From positions 1 through 32,890 of the forward strand of contig JAZDKB010000031.1 of assembly GCA_043803405.1 (NCBI GenBank): a stretch of DNA of 32,890 nucleotides. The letters run 5' to 3'. The position numbers and the translations under genes are program-made. The first letter of the stretch is position 1. Every line of letters starts with the position of its first letter. A model generated the notes under the pieces. That model ran no database searches. It worked only from the letters and a program-made list of their open reading frames with translations, and was not told where the DNA came from. The DNA is from Spirochaetota bacterium (GTDB lineage: Bacteria > Spirochaetota > UBA4802 > JAFGDQ01). Below are positions 16,771-26,102 of this stretch, piece by piece.

Positions 16771-18108
16771 TCAGCGCTTCGAGAATCCGAGCTCTTTCGC
16801 AAAAAGAGAAAGCTCTCCTTCTGCCGTGCTATAATGCACTATAAAGAGATTCTCTTTTGCCCTAGTCATTGCAACATAAAGAAGCCTGCGCTCCTCTTCA
16901 ATGTCTGCAGAAGCATCGGGTATAATTTTATCCGAGACACCGGCAATAATAACAGAGCCGAACTCGAGCCCCTTTGACGAATGTATAGTCATAAATTTCA
17001 ACCTGTTCGGAGCGATACCCTTGGCCTCCAGGCTGCGGGAAATAGTATAACCCTGCCAGTTATTCCTGTAAAGAACAGCCGCATCATTTAAATTATTTTT
17101 TTTTAGAATATCGATAATTACTTCAATTTCTTCATCAAAATCAACTACACAAAAATCAACAACAAGGCCTCCGCTTCCCTTGACGGATTTCAGTTTTTTC
17201 CAGGTTCTGTATTTGTTCTTCCTGATAAAATTATTCGAAAGCTTTACTATCTCTTTATTTGAACGGTAATTTAGATTCAGATTGTAAATACCGGCATCAG
17301 GAAAATACTTTTTCATATTTACAATATAATCTATCTTTGATCCCCTGAATCCGTAAATCGACTGCCAGTCGTCACCGACTAAAAACAGATTCGGATTTTT
17401 CTTATCTAAAAGCAACCTTATCAGCTTCAGGTTATCAGGAGATGTGTCCTGAAATTCATCTATCAGTATATATTTGTATTTGCTTGTTGTGTCTTCTCTG
17501 ATTGAAGCATCATTCGTCAGGAGGTCAATCGCAAAGTTTATCATGTCGCTGAAGTCAATCATATTATACGAAATTTTATATTCGCTGAATTTACGCTTAA
17601 GGTTATCCAGCTCGTCTATAATGCCCAAACGCATTAATTTTTCATAAGTCTTTTTATTGAGCCTGTCGATGTTCTCAAATAATCCGGCAACAACATTAAC
17701 CGGCAGACCCAGAAACCTGTCTATTGAATTCCGGAGCAGGTCACTAAGCAGCTTTTCTTTTTCCTGCTCGTCCAGTATTTTTGGAAATTCATTAAAATTA
17801 AAGGAAGATAAAAATACGCCGCTGTTGCTTCTAAGCAGGCTTAAGCAGAACGAATGAAAAGTGCCGGATGTTATTGCATCTGCGTTTTGGGATACTCCGG
17901 ACATTACCCTTTCCCTGATTTCCAGCGCTGCTTTGCTGCTGAAAGTAAGAATAAGTATGTTCTCCGGTTTAACCAGACCAGCGTGAATAATATTTTTTAC
18001 TTTTTCAACGAGTATCTTTGTTTTGCCTGTACCGGCACCTGCTATTACAAGGCTTATCCCGTTCGTGGGCAGAGATGCAAGGTGTTGCTGTTTATTTAGC
18101 GAGGTCAT
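16771..18108 (-). CDS. Short UvrD/Rep/PcrA-family SF1A helicase
   Basis: AGAGTGKT, LTFSSKAA, GTFHSF, IDEFQD, VGDDWQSIYGFRG, NYRS, MTIHSSKGLEF, EEERRLLYVAMTRA; only 445 aa. Confidence 0.93.
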   Translation of the reverse strand: MTSLNKQQHLASLPTNGISLVIAGAGTGKTKILVEKVKNIIHAGLVKPENILILTFSSKAALEIRERVMSGVSQNADAITSGTFHSFCLSLLRSNSGVFLSSFNFNEFPKILDEQEKEKLLSDLLRNSIDRFLGLPVNVVAGLFENIDRLNKKTYEKLMRLGIIDELDNLKRKFSEYKISYNMIDFSDMINFAIDLLTNDASIREDTTSKYKYILIDEFQDTSPDNLKLIRLLLDKKNPNLFLVGDDWQSIYGFRGSKIDYIVNMKKYFPDAGIYNLNLNYRSNKEIVKLSNNFIRKNKYRTWKKLKSVKGSGGLVVDFCVVDFDEEIEVIIDILKKNNLNDAAVLYRNNWQGYTISRSLEAKGIAPNRLKFMTIHSSKGLEFGSVIIAGVSDKIIPDASADIEEERRLLYVAMTRAKENLFIVHYSTAEGELSLFAKELGFSKR

Positions 18109-18695
18109 TGTGATTTAAATTTTACTTTTGCTAAAGTCTTTTGATACCAGAGCGACTTTTTATCTCTTTCCAGCTTCGAATAAATACACCCGCAATAATT
18201 CTGCCTGTAAAATCCGTAAGCCCTGGAAAGCTCAATTGATTTTCTGAATCCGTCATTCTTCTTAAAATCGGCTTCAAGGAATTCTATGCCGAATTCTTTG
18301 CCAAGCCTGCTTCCTATGCTATTAATGGCGGCAGCGTCCTTGTGCGGGCTTATTGAAAGAGTTGTGGAGACTTTGTTAATGCCTTTTGCTGAGGCAAACT
18401 CGAAAGTTTTTCTTAACCGGATCTCGTAGCAGATGCGGCATCTTTCCGATCTTTCACCGGAAAATCTGTATTTTTTAACCCTGCCTGTCCAGTATTTAGT
18501 ATTAAAATCGCCTGTGTAAAACTCAATTCCTTTAAGGCTACAGAATTTTTTTAATTCATCGTGTCTTTTTAGATATTCCTTAAATGGAGCTATATTAGGA
18601 TTATAAAAAAAAGAAATTACGTTGTATGAAGGCCTGAGCAATTCATGTACATAACCGAAACATGGCGCGCAGCAGGAATGTAGCAGTAAATTCAT
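18105..18695 (-). CDS. queH: Epoxyqueuosine reductase QueH (DUF208)
   Basis: LLLHSCCAPC, FFYNPNI, RCRICY, SPHK, YRQNYCGC motifs. Confidence 0.93.
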   Translation of the reverse strand: MNLLLHSCCAPCFGYVHELLRPSYNVISFFYNPNIAPFKEYLKRHDELKKFCSLKGIEFYTGDFNTKYWTGRVKKYRFSGERSERCRICYEIRLRKTFEFASAKGINKVSTTLSISPHKDAAAINSIGSRLGKEFGIEFLEADFKKNDGFRKSIELSRAYGFYRQNYCGCIYSKLERDKKSLWYQKTLAKVKFKSQ

Positions 18696-19045
18696 TTAAC
18701 GAACTTTGAAAAAAATTTATTCAGCCTCTTCGATTTATCGGGATTGGTATGTGAATCCAGCCATGCCAGAAGATCGGCGCTTACGCCCTTGGGCGAATTG
18801 TATTCGTGATGAATAATATAATTCGCAACAGCGTATTTTATCCGGTTGAATATCTCTTCCGCTTTTCCCAGTTCGCATGGAGATGAACCAAGCATTTCCG
18901 CGAGCCTGACAATTATTTCATGCTCGTTTATTTCTTTCAGTTCCTTTCGGTAATTTTCGCCGAAAATACAGTTGCGAAGATAAATATTTTCCTCGGAATT
19001 GAACTGCTTTGGATCAGGTTTTTCTCTAAACATATCCAGTGGCAT
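18692..19045 (-). CDS. Hypothetical protein, first gene of the queH-uvrD operon
   Basis: 117-aa ORF with ATGA overlap onto queH and AAGG RBS; no recognised motif. Confidence 0.75.
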   Translation of the reverse strand: MPLDMFREKPDPKQFNSEENIYLRNCIFGENYRKELKEINEHEIIVRLAEMLGSSPCELGKAEEIFNRIKYAVANYIIHHEYNSPKGVSADLLAWLDSHTNPDKSKRLNKFFSKFVK

Positions 19046-19183
19046 ATTGTTGAACTACCTTTAAAATATTATTTTAATATTATATATCTCTCGGGAAACA
19101 GCTTGAATATATCTTCCCCTCAAGATTGTTAAGCATAATCTAAATCAGCCGGACTTAATAAAAGTCTTAATATTTATCTCTAT

Positions 19184-19212
19184 ATAGTAAACAAATCCGG
19201 CCTGATCGTCAA
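19184..19212 (-). promoter_or_regulatory. sigma70-type promoter for hypothetical-queH-uvrD
   Basis: Minus strand TTGACG (19212-19207), 17 bp, TACTAT (19189-19184). Confidence 0.55.
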
Positions 19213-19357
19213 TTAAAGTTCGAATTTTATTTGAATGAAAATATAATAATATATGATAAATTTTTAATATTTATAAATTTTTCTGTAATGATTTAAAAAA
19301 AATCCCGATATATTAGATGAGACATAAAGTGGTACATTTAATTTAAGGGAGAAAATA

Positions 19358-19573
19358 ATGCTAAATAAAAAAAGTAATTTTAAATCATTACTGAACAAAT
19401 ATCTTGATATTAAAGGGCTTGATATAGTTGTATTGCTTGAAGACGGGAAAGAAATTGAGTTGTATAAAAATAGAAAACTTATAAAAAATGAAATAGTTTA
19501 TTCAGATAAATCCAACAAAGAGTACAGGATCCCGATTCATTCAATCAAATCCATTGATCTTTACGCAGCTTAA
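19358..19573 (+). CDS. Small basic hypothetical protein, possible Sm/SH3-like fold
   Basis: AAGGGAG RBS, 71 aa, own downstream hairpin; helix followed by beta-strand pattern. Confidence 0.8.
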   Translation: MLNKKSNFKSLLNKYLDIKGLDIVVLLEDGKEIELYKNRKLIKNEIVYSDKSNKEYRIPIHSIKSIDLYAA

Positions 19574-19600
19574 AAATCTGCACCCATATTACCGTTTTAA

Positions 19601-19638
19601 ATAAAACCGCAGGACAAAAATTTTTCCTGCAGTTTTAT
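19601..19638 (+). terminator. Terminator-like hairpin after the 71-aa gene
   Basis: ATAAAACCGCAGGA-10nt-TCCTGCAGTTTTAT (one mismatch). Confidence 0.55.
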
Positions 19639-19694
19639 CGTTGTCCGCTTCCTGGCTCCTTTATAAAATCCTTATAATATCTTCTAATTTGTAA

Positions 19695-19724
19695 TTGACA
19701 ATAAAAAATGTATAAAGATATATT
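19695..19724 (+). promoter_or_regulatory. sigma70-type promoter candidate for the gsp operon
   Basis: TTGACA (19695-19700), 18 bp, TATATT (19719-19724). Confidence 0.45.
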
Positions 19725-19796
19725 CATTATTTAATATTTTACTTAATACAACTTATATTTATGTTATTATTATTTTAACAAGGTTTTACGGTTTTA

Positions 19797-20645
19797 ATGC
19801 AGAATATCAGATATCATATAATAAATACGGCCGCTGTTATTGTCTTTTCCTTTACAACGGCGTTTACTGCCAATCAATTCATTAAACACAGTATAACCCC
19901 GTCATATTCTATTATTGCTGAAAAAGAAAAAATTACAGCATCCAAAACCGTTAAAAAAAGTTTTGAGGAATATAAAACAATACTTGATTCCAGTTTTTTT
20001 AAACTCGCAAGCGAATCCGACAAATCAAAAGAGTCAGGCGATTCTGTTTCAGCTGCAAGCAATTTAAGCGACTTTTTATTACTGGGAACCATTTCGGGGC
20101 CTGCAGTTATTGCAAGAGCTCTGATTAAAAAGACGCAGGAAAAAGAAGCGCAGATTTTTAAACTCTGGAGCGACGTTTACGGTTTTAAACTTGTAAGAAT
20201 AGACAACCTGAAAATATATCTTAAAAGAGGCGAATCTGTTGAGATACTTGAGATGTACCCGAAAAGTGAAAAAAGTCAGCCACCGACATCACCTCAGGGT
20301 ACCGACAAAACGAATTCTAAAAACACACAAACCATAAGTCGATCGGAAATTCAGCAAAATGTTTTCAATAATATAGACAACGCTCTTCAGGGATTGCGCG
20401 CCGGGCCGCACAGGGTAAACAATGTTATTGACGGATATACCCTGTTCAGGGTAAGCCCGAACAATATTCTCTATAAACTCGGGGCCAGAAGCGGAGATAT
20501 TGCAAAAAGGATCAACGGGCATCCGATAGACAGCACGGAAAAACTGCTCGGCTTATGGCAGTCTATTCAAAACGAACCAAAAATATCGGTCGATATTGAA
20601 AGAGGCGGCAAGCTGCAGACATTTGAATTCAAAGTTACTGACTGA
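19797..20645 (+). CDS. gspC: Type II secretion protein C with PDZ domain
   Basis: N-terminal TM, HR domain (LLGTISG), PDZ (LGARSGDIAKRING); first gene of the gsp operon. Confidence 0.88.
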   Translation: MQNIRYHIINTAAVIVFSFTTAFTANQFIKHSITPSYSIIAEKEKITASKTVKKSFEEYKTILDSSFFKLASESDKSKESGDSVSAASNLSDFLLLGTISGPAVIARALIKKTQEKEAQIFKLWSDVYGFKLVRIDNLKIYLKRGESVEILEMYPKSEKSQPPTSPQGTDKTNSKNTQTISRSEIQQNVFNNIDNALQGLRAGPHRVNNVIDGYTLFRVSPNNILYKLGARSGDIAKRINGHPIDSTEKLLGLWQSIQNEPKISVDIERGGKLQTFEFKVTD

Positions 20646-20661
20646 ACTTAAGGTACAATAA

Positions 20662-22500
20662 ATGAAGAATACAAAAAGAACTAATCGATATAATTTTATT
20701 TTAATATTATTTATTATTTTTTGCTTTGCTCCAATTACGCACGACAAAAGTTTTAATAACCATCCGTCTATTCAAAAAATTTTCAGCTTTGAATCGTTTG
20801 CCCAGGAAAAAGAACCCAAAACAAAATATTTTACTTTAAACTTTAAGGATGCGGATATTACGGAGTTTCTGAATATGATGAGCCAACTCATCAATAAAAA
20901 TATCATCATTGACGACAAAGTACGCGGCAAGATAACAATAACATCCGTAAAAAAAATACCTGTTTCGCATGCTTATCAAATAATGATGTCCATACTCGAA
21001 GTAAAGGGACTTGCTGCAGTTGAAACCCCTTCGCTGATAAAAATTATACCTGTTAAAGATGCCATTAAAAAAAATAGCGAAATTATTATTGATGGGAAAA
21101 AGCATAATATTAAAACGGAAGAAGAAAAAACAATTACCTATCTGCTTAACATAAAAACCGCTGATGCGAATGAAATCGCAAACGCCCTCCGCTCGTTAAA
21201 GTCAAACAATCTGGACATTGTTGTTTATGCTTCACTGAATACAATAATATTGAGCGGAGTTTCTTCCGAAATTGACGGTCTTGTTAAGATCGCCCAGGAA
21301 CTTGATAAAGAGATCAAGGAAAAGGCTGACGAAAAGATTTCCAGCGGCAACATACATGTTGTTCATCTTGAGAATGCGGACGCAGAACAGTTGGCAGGCG
21401 TTCTTTCGAGGATTCCGTTCTCGGAAAATGCCAAGATTTCGCAGCCTTCGGCTACTCCGACTTCTCCGGTTAATCCCACTCCGACCGCTACTCCAGGTAC
21501 CCGTGTAAGGCCTTCAACGAGAACGCAAAGGACTACGCAGACACAGAGAACAACCACAGGCCAGGCAGGCGTGGGCACTAAGCTTTCAATTATTGCGAAT
21601 AAAGAGACCAACTCAATAATCATCTACGCAACTCCGGAAGAATTTAAGGAAATTTACCGTATAATAAAAGAACTGGACATTGTCCGTGAACAGGTATTGA
21701 TAGAAGCGCTTATTGTTGAAGTATCTGCCGATAAATCGTGGACTTTCGGAATTGACTGGATGTTAGGAAATTCTTCCGGAGGCAATTCATATGGTGGATC
21801 AGCCATTCTTGGAAAGGTGCCGAATTTCAATGCAAATAAAGATTCTGTGCCATCGGGCAAAACAACAGCTTTACCGCTAAGTCAGGGATTTCAGGTCGGA
21901 TTTCTAAGCGGAAAGGACGCGCTTGGATTTGCGTTGCTCAGCATGTCCGAGACTGATAAGAATTTCAATATTCTTTCAACACCCCAGCTTCTTACGATTG
22001 ACAATCACGAAGCGGAATTGAATATCGGATCGGAAATACCGGTTACTGCAAACAGTCGAATTACTGACACGAATACAGTTTTTAATACGTATGAATATAA
22101 ATCTGTTGGATTAAAATTAAAAATAACACCACATATTACTAAATCTTCCTCTATCACTTTGGATCTTTATCAAGAAGCTAATGACATTCTTGGAGCAACT
22201 AATTCGGAAACACTTCCTACTCTAACAAAACGCGATATTCAGACAAAAGTTTCTGTGCAGGACGGAAAGACAATAGTAATAGGCGGATTAATTAAAAACA
22301 ATAAAAACGTTGAAGAAACAAAGATACCGCTTTTAGGTGATATTCCTATACTCGGCTGGCTTTTTAAAAGGCAAAGCGTATCTTACACTAAATCTAACCT
22401 TCTTGTATTCATTACTCCGCATATTGTAACCAAAAGTGAAAGGATCGATGCGATTACGGAACAGAAGCAGGAAGAAATGAAGAGAAGCAAAATAAAATAA
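20662..22500 (+). CDS. gspD: Type II secretion secretin
   Basis: LNFKDADI N0 domain, QVLIEALIVEV, LSTPQLLTIDN, KIPLLGDIPILGWLF, LLVFITPHIV. Confidence 0.96.
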   Translation: MKNTKRTNRYNFILILFIIFCFAPITHDKSFNNHPSIQKIFSFESFAQEKEPKTKYFTLNFKDADITEFLNMMSQLINKNIIIDDKVRGKITITSVKKIPVSHAYQIMMSILEVKGLAAVETPSLIKIIPVKDAIKKNSEIIIDGKKHNIKTEEEKTITYLLNIKTADANEIANALRSLKSNNLDIVVYASLNTIILSGVSSEIDGLVKIAQELDKEIKEKADEKISSGNIHVVHLENADAEQLAGVLSRIPFSENAKISQPSATPTSPVNPTPTATPGTRVRPSTRTQRTTQTQRTTTGQAGVGTKLSIIANKETNSIIIYATPEEFKEIYRIIKELDIVREQVLIEALIVEVSADKSWTFGIDWMLGNSSGGNSYGGSAILGKVPNFNANKDSVPSGKTTALPLSQGFQVGFLSGKDALGFALLSMSETDKNFNILSTPQLLTIDNHEAELNIGSEIPVTANSRITDTNTVFNTYEYKSVGLKLKITPHITKSSSITLDLYQEANDILGATNSETLPTLTKRDIQTKVSVQDGKTIVIGGLIKNNKNVEETKIPLLGDIPILGWLFKRQSVSYTKSNLLVFITPHIVTKSERIDAITEQKQEEMKRSKIK

Positions 22501-22540
22501 ACCAAGCCCTTCGGATTTCCTTTGTTATTGTACAATAATT

Positions 22541-24244
22541 ATGACAAACAGAAAAATACAACAGCAGCTCGGCAAGATACTTACTGACAGGAAAGTAATA
22601 AACCCTGAAGAATTACAGGAAGCTCTTTTATCTCAAAACGGAACGTCTCTTCGAATAGGACAGATCCTCGTAAAAAAAGGGCTGGCAACAAACGACGATA
22701 TTCTTTCAGCATTAGCCGAACAATATAATATTACTTTTCAAAAAAAAATCGAATTTGATGATGCTGCAAACCTGTTCTCCAAAATACCGGCATATTTTCT
22801 AAAAAAAAATAAAATTGCCCCTTTTAAATCTTCAAAAAAAATAATTTCCGTAGCAATTGACGATGCCCTTAACATACGGCCGTTTGACGATTTAAAGATG
22901 TTATTTCCAGATCACACCTTTAAAGCTGTTTTGACAACCGATGAAGAAATTTCCAGAATAATAAGGACTCATTTCGACGCGCTGAACGCAGACACGACCG
23001 AAGAGGCAATGGAAGACCTTGAATATGAAGATATTGAGATCTTATCCTCCAACTTTTCGGAAACGCAGGATATTCTGGATATGGCCAATGAGGCCCCGAT
23101 CATCAGGCTTGTCAATACTGCTCTTACCGAAGCCGTGAACGACAGGGCAAGCGACATTCATATTGAACCGTACGAAAAAGAATTAATAGTAAGATACAGG
23201 GTCGACGGCATATTATACCATGTGCTCACACCGCCTAAAAGATTTCAGAACGCTATTATTTCCCGCATAAAAATTATGGCTAATTTAAACATCGCCGAAA
23301 ACAGGCTGCCGCAGGACGGAAGAATACAGATCAAGATCGGCGGTAAGGATATAGACATAAGGGTATCGGTTTTTCCTACATACTTCGGGGAAAGAGTTGT
23401 TCTCCGGCTGCTAAATAAAACCGACATGAAATTCGATCTTGAGAGTATAGGATTTTCAAAAGCAACATTAAAATCCTTTGACGCAATTATACAAAAAACT
23501 CACGGCATTATTCTGGTTACAGGCCCAACGGGCAGCGGAAAAACAACCACACTGTACAGCGTTCTTTCCAAGCTGAACACTGCGGATGTAAACACGCTTA
23601 CTGTAGAAGACCCCATCGAGTACCAGTTATCCGGTGTGGGACAGATGCAGGTAAAGCCAAAAATTGACCTTACGTTTGCGAACGGGTTGCGGGCAATTCT
23701 CCGCCAGGACCCCGACATCATAATGATCGGAGAAATCCGCGACTTTGAAACTGCAGAAATAGCGGTACAGGCTGCGTTAACTGGTCACAGGGTTTTTTCT
23801 ACAATTCACACAAACGATGCAGCCAGCTCAATTACAAGGCTAATCGATATGGGGGTGGAGCCGTTTCTAATTGCTTCAGCTTTTAACGCGTTCCTGGCGC
23901 AAAGGCTTGTGAGAACAATATGCCCGCATTGCAAAATTCCATACAAACCACAGGCGAAAATGCTGAAAGATCTTGGTATAAAAGAATCCGAGCTAAAAGG
24001 AGGTAACCTGTCACAAGGGAAAGGCTGCGATAAATGCCTTAAGACCGGATATCTCGGAAGGACAGGGATTTACGAATTGCTGCCTATTGATAATGATATA
24101 AGAAAAATGATTATGTCGCACGCTGACGCCACATCAATTAAAGAGACAGCCATTAAAAACGGCATGATAACTCTTCTGAAAGACGGGATCCAGAAAGCCA
24201 TGTCAGGCATAACAACGCTGGAAGAAGTATTAAGAGTAAGTTAA
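22541..24244 (+). CDS. gspE: Type II secretion ATPase with MshEN-like N-terminus
   Basis: ASDIHIEP, RLPQDGR, GPTGSGKT, LRQDPDIIMIGEIRD, tetracysteine CPHC/CDKC. Confidence 0.96.
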   Translation: MTNRKIQQQLGKILTDRKVINPEELQEALLSQNGTSLRIGQILVKKGLATNDDILSALAEQYNITFQKKIEFDDAANLFSKIPAYFLKKNKIAPFKSSKKIISVAIDDALNIRPFDDLKMLFPDHTFKAVLTTDEEISRIIRTHFDALNADTTEEAMEDLEYEDIEILSSNFSETQDILDMANEAPIIRLVNTALTEAVNDRASDIHIEPYEKELIVRYRVDGILYHVLTPPKRFQNAIISRIKIMANLNIAENRLPQDGRIQIKIGGKDIDIRVSVFPTYFGERVVLRLLNKTDMKFDLESIGFSKATLKSFDAIIQKTHGIILVTGPTGSGKTTTLYSVLSKLNTADVNTLTVEDPIEYQLSGVGQMQVKPKIDLTFANGLRAILRQDPDIIMIGEIRDFETAEIAVQAALTGHRVFSTIHTNDAASSITRLIDMGVEPFLIASAFNAFLAQRLVRTICPHCKIPYKPQAKMLKDLGIKESELKGGNLSQGKGCDKCLKTGYLGRTGIYELLPIDNDIRKMIMSHADATSIKETAIKNGMITLLKDGIQKAMSGITTLEEVLRVS

Positions 24245-24245
24245 A

Positions 24246-25499
24246 ATGGTATACGAATATCAGGCATTAACAAAGGAAGGAGAAAAGGTATCTGATCTTA
24301 TTGATGCCCCGTCAGAGCTGGCTGCAAAACAAAAATTAAAAGCAAAGGGATTATATGTAATTAAATTATCCGGGCACGAAGTCGCATCGAAAGATAAATC
24401 ATCCCTGGAGAACACGGCAGTTAACCATGTATTCAATAAGATCCACGAATACTTCAGCCTGAAGTTAAGCTCAAAACAGATTGGTATTTTTTCAAGGCAG
24501 CTATCGACTTTGTTGAACGCAGGTATGCCGCTTATGACCGCGATTACGGACATTATTGAACAAATAGACAATAAAAATTTTAAACGTATAATCGTCGATA
24601 TAAAGCAAAAACTGGAAGAAGGCTCTTCTCTTTCCAATTGTCTTACAAGACATAGAAATATTTTTTCGGAAATGTATATTAATATGGTGAGAGTCGGGGA
24701 AAACCTGGGCTCGCTGGATCAGGTTATTGAGCGCCTTGCAGACATGGAAGAGAAAAAAAATATTCTGAAAAATAAAGTCCAGTCTGCTTTATATTATCCT
24801 GCGTTCCTATTTCTGTTTGCTTTTGTAGTAATTATTTTTCTTATGGTGAGCGCTGTTCCTGCCCTTGCCAGGATTTTTGCAGATATGGGGAAAGAACTTC
24901 CATTGCCTACAAGGATAGTTCTGGGCGTCAGCAATCTTCTTACCAATCTTTATTTCATTATTCCCCTTCTGATTGCAATTATTCTTTTATTATCTGTATT
25001 AAAACGTTATATTAAAACTCCCAAAGGAAAAGAAAAATTAGACGAATTAAAATTAAAAATGCCTATAATCAGCAACTTTTATAAAAAATATATTGTTCTT
25101 AATTTTACTCAGAACATGGGTGTTCTTTTAAATAACAGAGTAGATATTTTGAAATCGTTTGAAATTGTAAAGAAGATAGTTAGAAATTCACTCATCGAAA
25201 GCCAGATAGAGGCAGTAGCAAAAAAAGTACAGGAAGGAGCCTCGATGTCCAGTGCGCTGGCAAAATCCGATTTTTTACCTAAACTGGTGCTTGGTATGAT
25301 TAGCGCAGGCGAATCAAGCGATCAGCTGGACAGCATGCTTTTAAAAATAGGCAACGTATATGAAACCGAACTGGATATGACTCTTACCGGGCTCACCAGT
25401 CTGATCGAACCTGTTATTATTCTTTTTTTGGGGATTGTTATAGCATTTATAATCGTTTCAGTACTGCTGCCTATATTTGAAATGAATTTGATGGTTTAA
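24246..25499 (+). CDS. gspF: Type II secretion inner-membrane platform protein
   Basis: FSRQLSTLLNAGMPL, YINMVRVGE, ALYYP, LIEP motifs; three TMs. Confidence 0.95.
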   Translation: MVYEYQALTKEGEKVSDLIDAPSELAAKQKLKAKGLYVIKLSGHEVASKDKSSLENTAVNHVFNKIHEYFSLKLSSKQIGIFSRQLSTLLNAGMPLMTAITDIIEQIDNKNFKRIIVDIKQKLEEGSSLSNCLTRHRNIFSEMYINMVRVGENLGSLDQVIERLADMEEKKNILKNKVQSALYYPAFLFLFAFVVIIFLMVSAVPALARIFADMGKELPLPTRIVLGVSNLLTNLYFIIPLLIAIILLLSVLKRYIKTPKGKEKLDELKLKMPIISNFYKKYIVLNFTQNMGVLLNNRVDILKSFEIVKKIVRNSLIESQIEAVAKKVQEGASMSSALAKSDFLPKLVLGMISAGESSDQLDSMLLKIGNVYETELDMTLTGLTSLIEPVIILFLGIVIAFIIVSVLLPIFEMNLMV

Positions 25500-25596
25500 A
25501 GTGAAAAAACGTAATTTATATTTTAGCTTATTATAATTTAAACTTATGTTAAAAATTGTTAATTTAATAGAATCAATAATTACAAAGGAGGTCAAT

Positions 25597-26076
25597 ATGA
25601 AAAATTTATTTATAATTATCCTGAATAGGATAAAAAATTTATTTACAGAATTAAAATCGGAAACCGGGATTACTCTAATTGAAATGGTTATTGCTATAGC
25701 AATAATTGCCATATTAGGAATTGTGGCTATACCGCGTCTCCTGGATATACCGCAAAAAGCCAGAATAGAGGCAGCAAAGCAGCAGATACGCCTTTTGGAC
25801 CTTGCGCTTACGCAATATGAACTTGATAACGGAACATACCCGACAACCGAACAGGGTCTGGAAGCGCTTGCAAAAAAACCTGAAAGCGAGCCGGCGCCGA
25901 ACAATTATAATGCCAACGGTTATATGCCGAAAGTTCCCAAAGATCCATGGGGCAATGCATATATATACGCGTTTCCAGGTACCCATGGAGGAAGCCAGTA
26001 TGAAATTATGTGCTTAGGTGCGGACGGAAAGGAAGGCGGCGAAGGAAAAAACGCGGATATTAAAAGCTGGGAATAA
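25597..26076 (+). CDS. gspG: Major pseudopilin
   Basis: Start moved to ATG 25597 (AAGGAGG RBS); G|ITLIEMV, YPTTEQGLEAL, PKDPWGNAY, GADGKEGGEGKNADI. Confidence 0.95.
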   Translation: MKNLFIIILNRIKNLFTELKSETGITLIEMVIAIAIIAILGIVAIPRLLDIPQKARIEAAKQQIRLLDLALTQYELDNGTYPTTEQGLEALAKKPESEPAPNNYNANGYMPKVPKDPWGNAYIYAFPGTHGGSQYEIMCLGADGKEGGEGKNADIKSWE

Positions 26077-26102
26077 TAAAAATATTATTTTCTGATTCCG
26101 AT

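Noticed and set aside
19046..19180. preQ1 or c-di-GMP riboswitch near the queH operon
   Set aside because: Consensus motifs not recognisable by eye on either strand; an Rfam scan would settle it
22080..22260. Locally more AT-rich codon usage within gspD as a sign of mosaicism
   Set aside because: Visual impression only, short, and cannot be quantified here
25546..25596. Longer gspG start from the ORF track
   Set aside because: A strong AAGGAGG RBS precedes ATG 25597 instead
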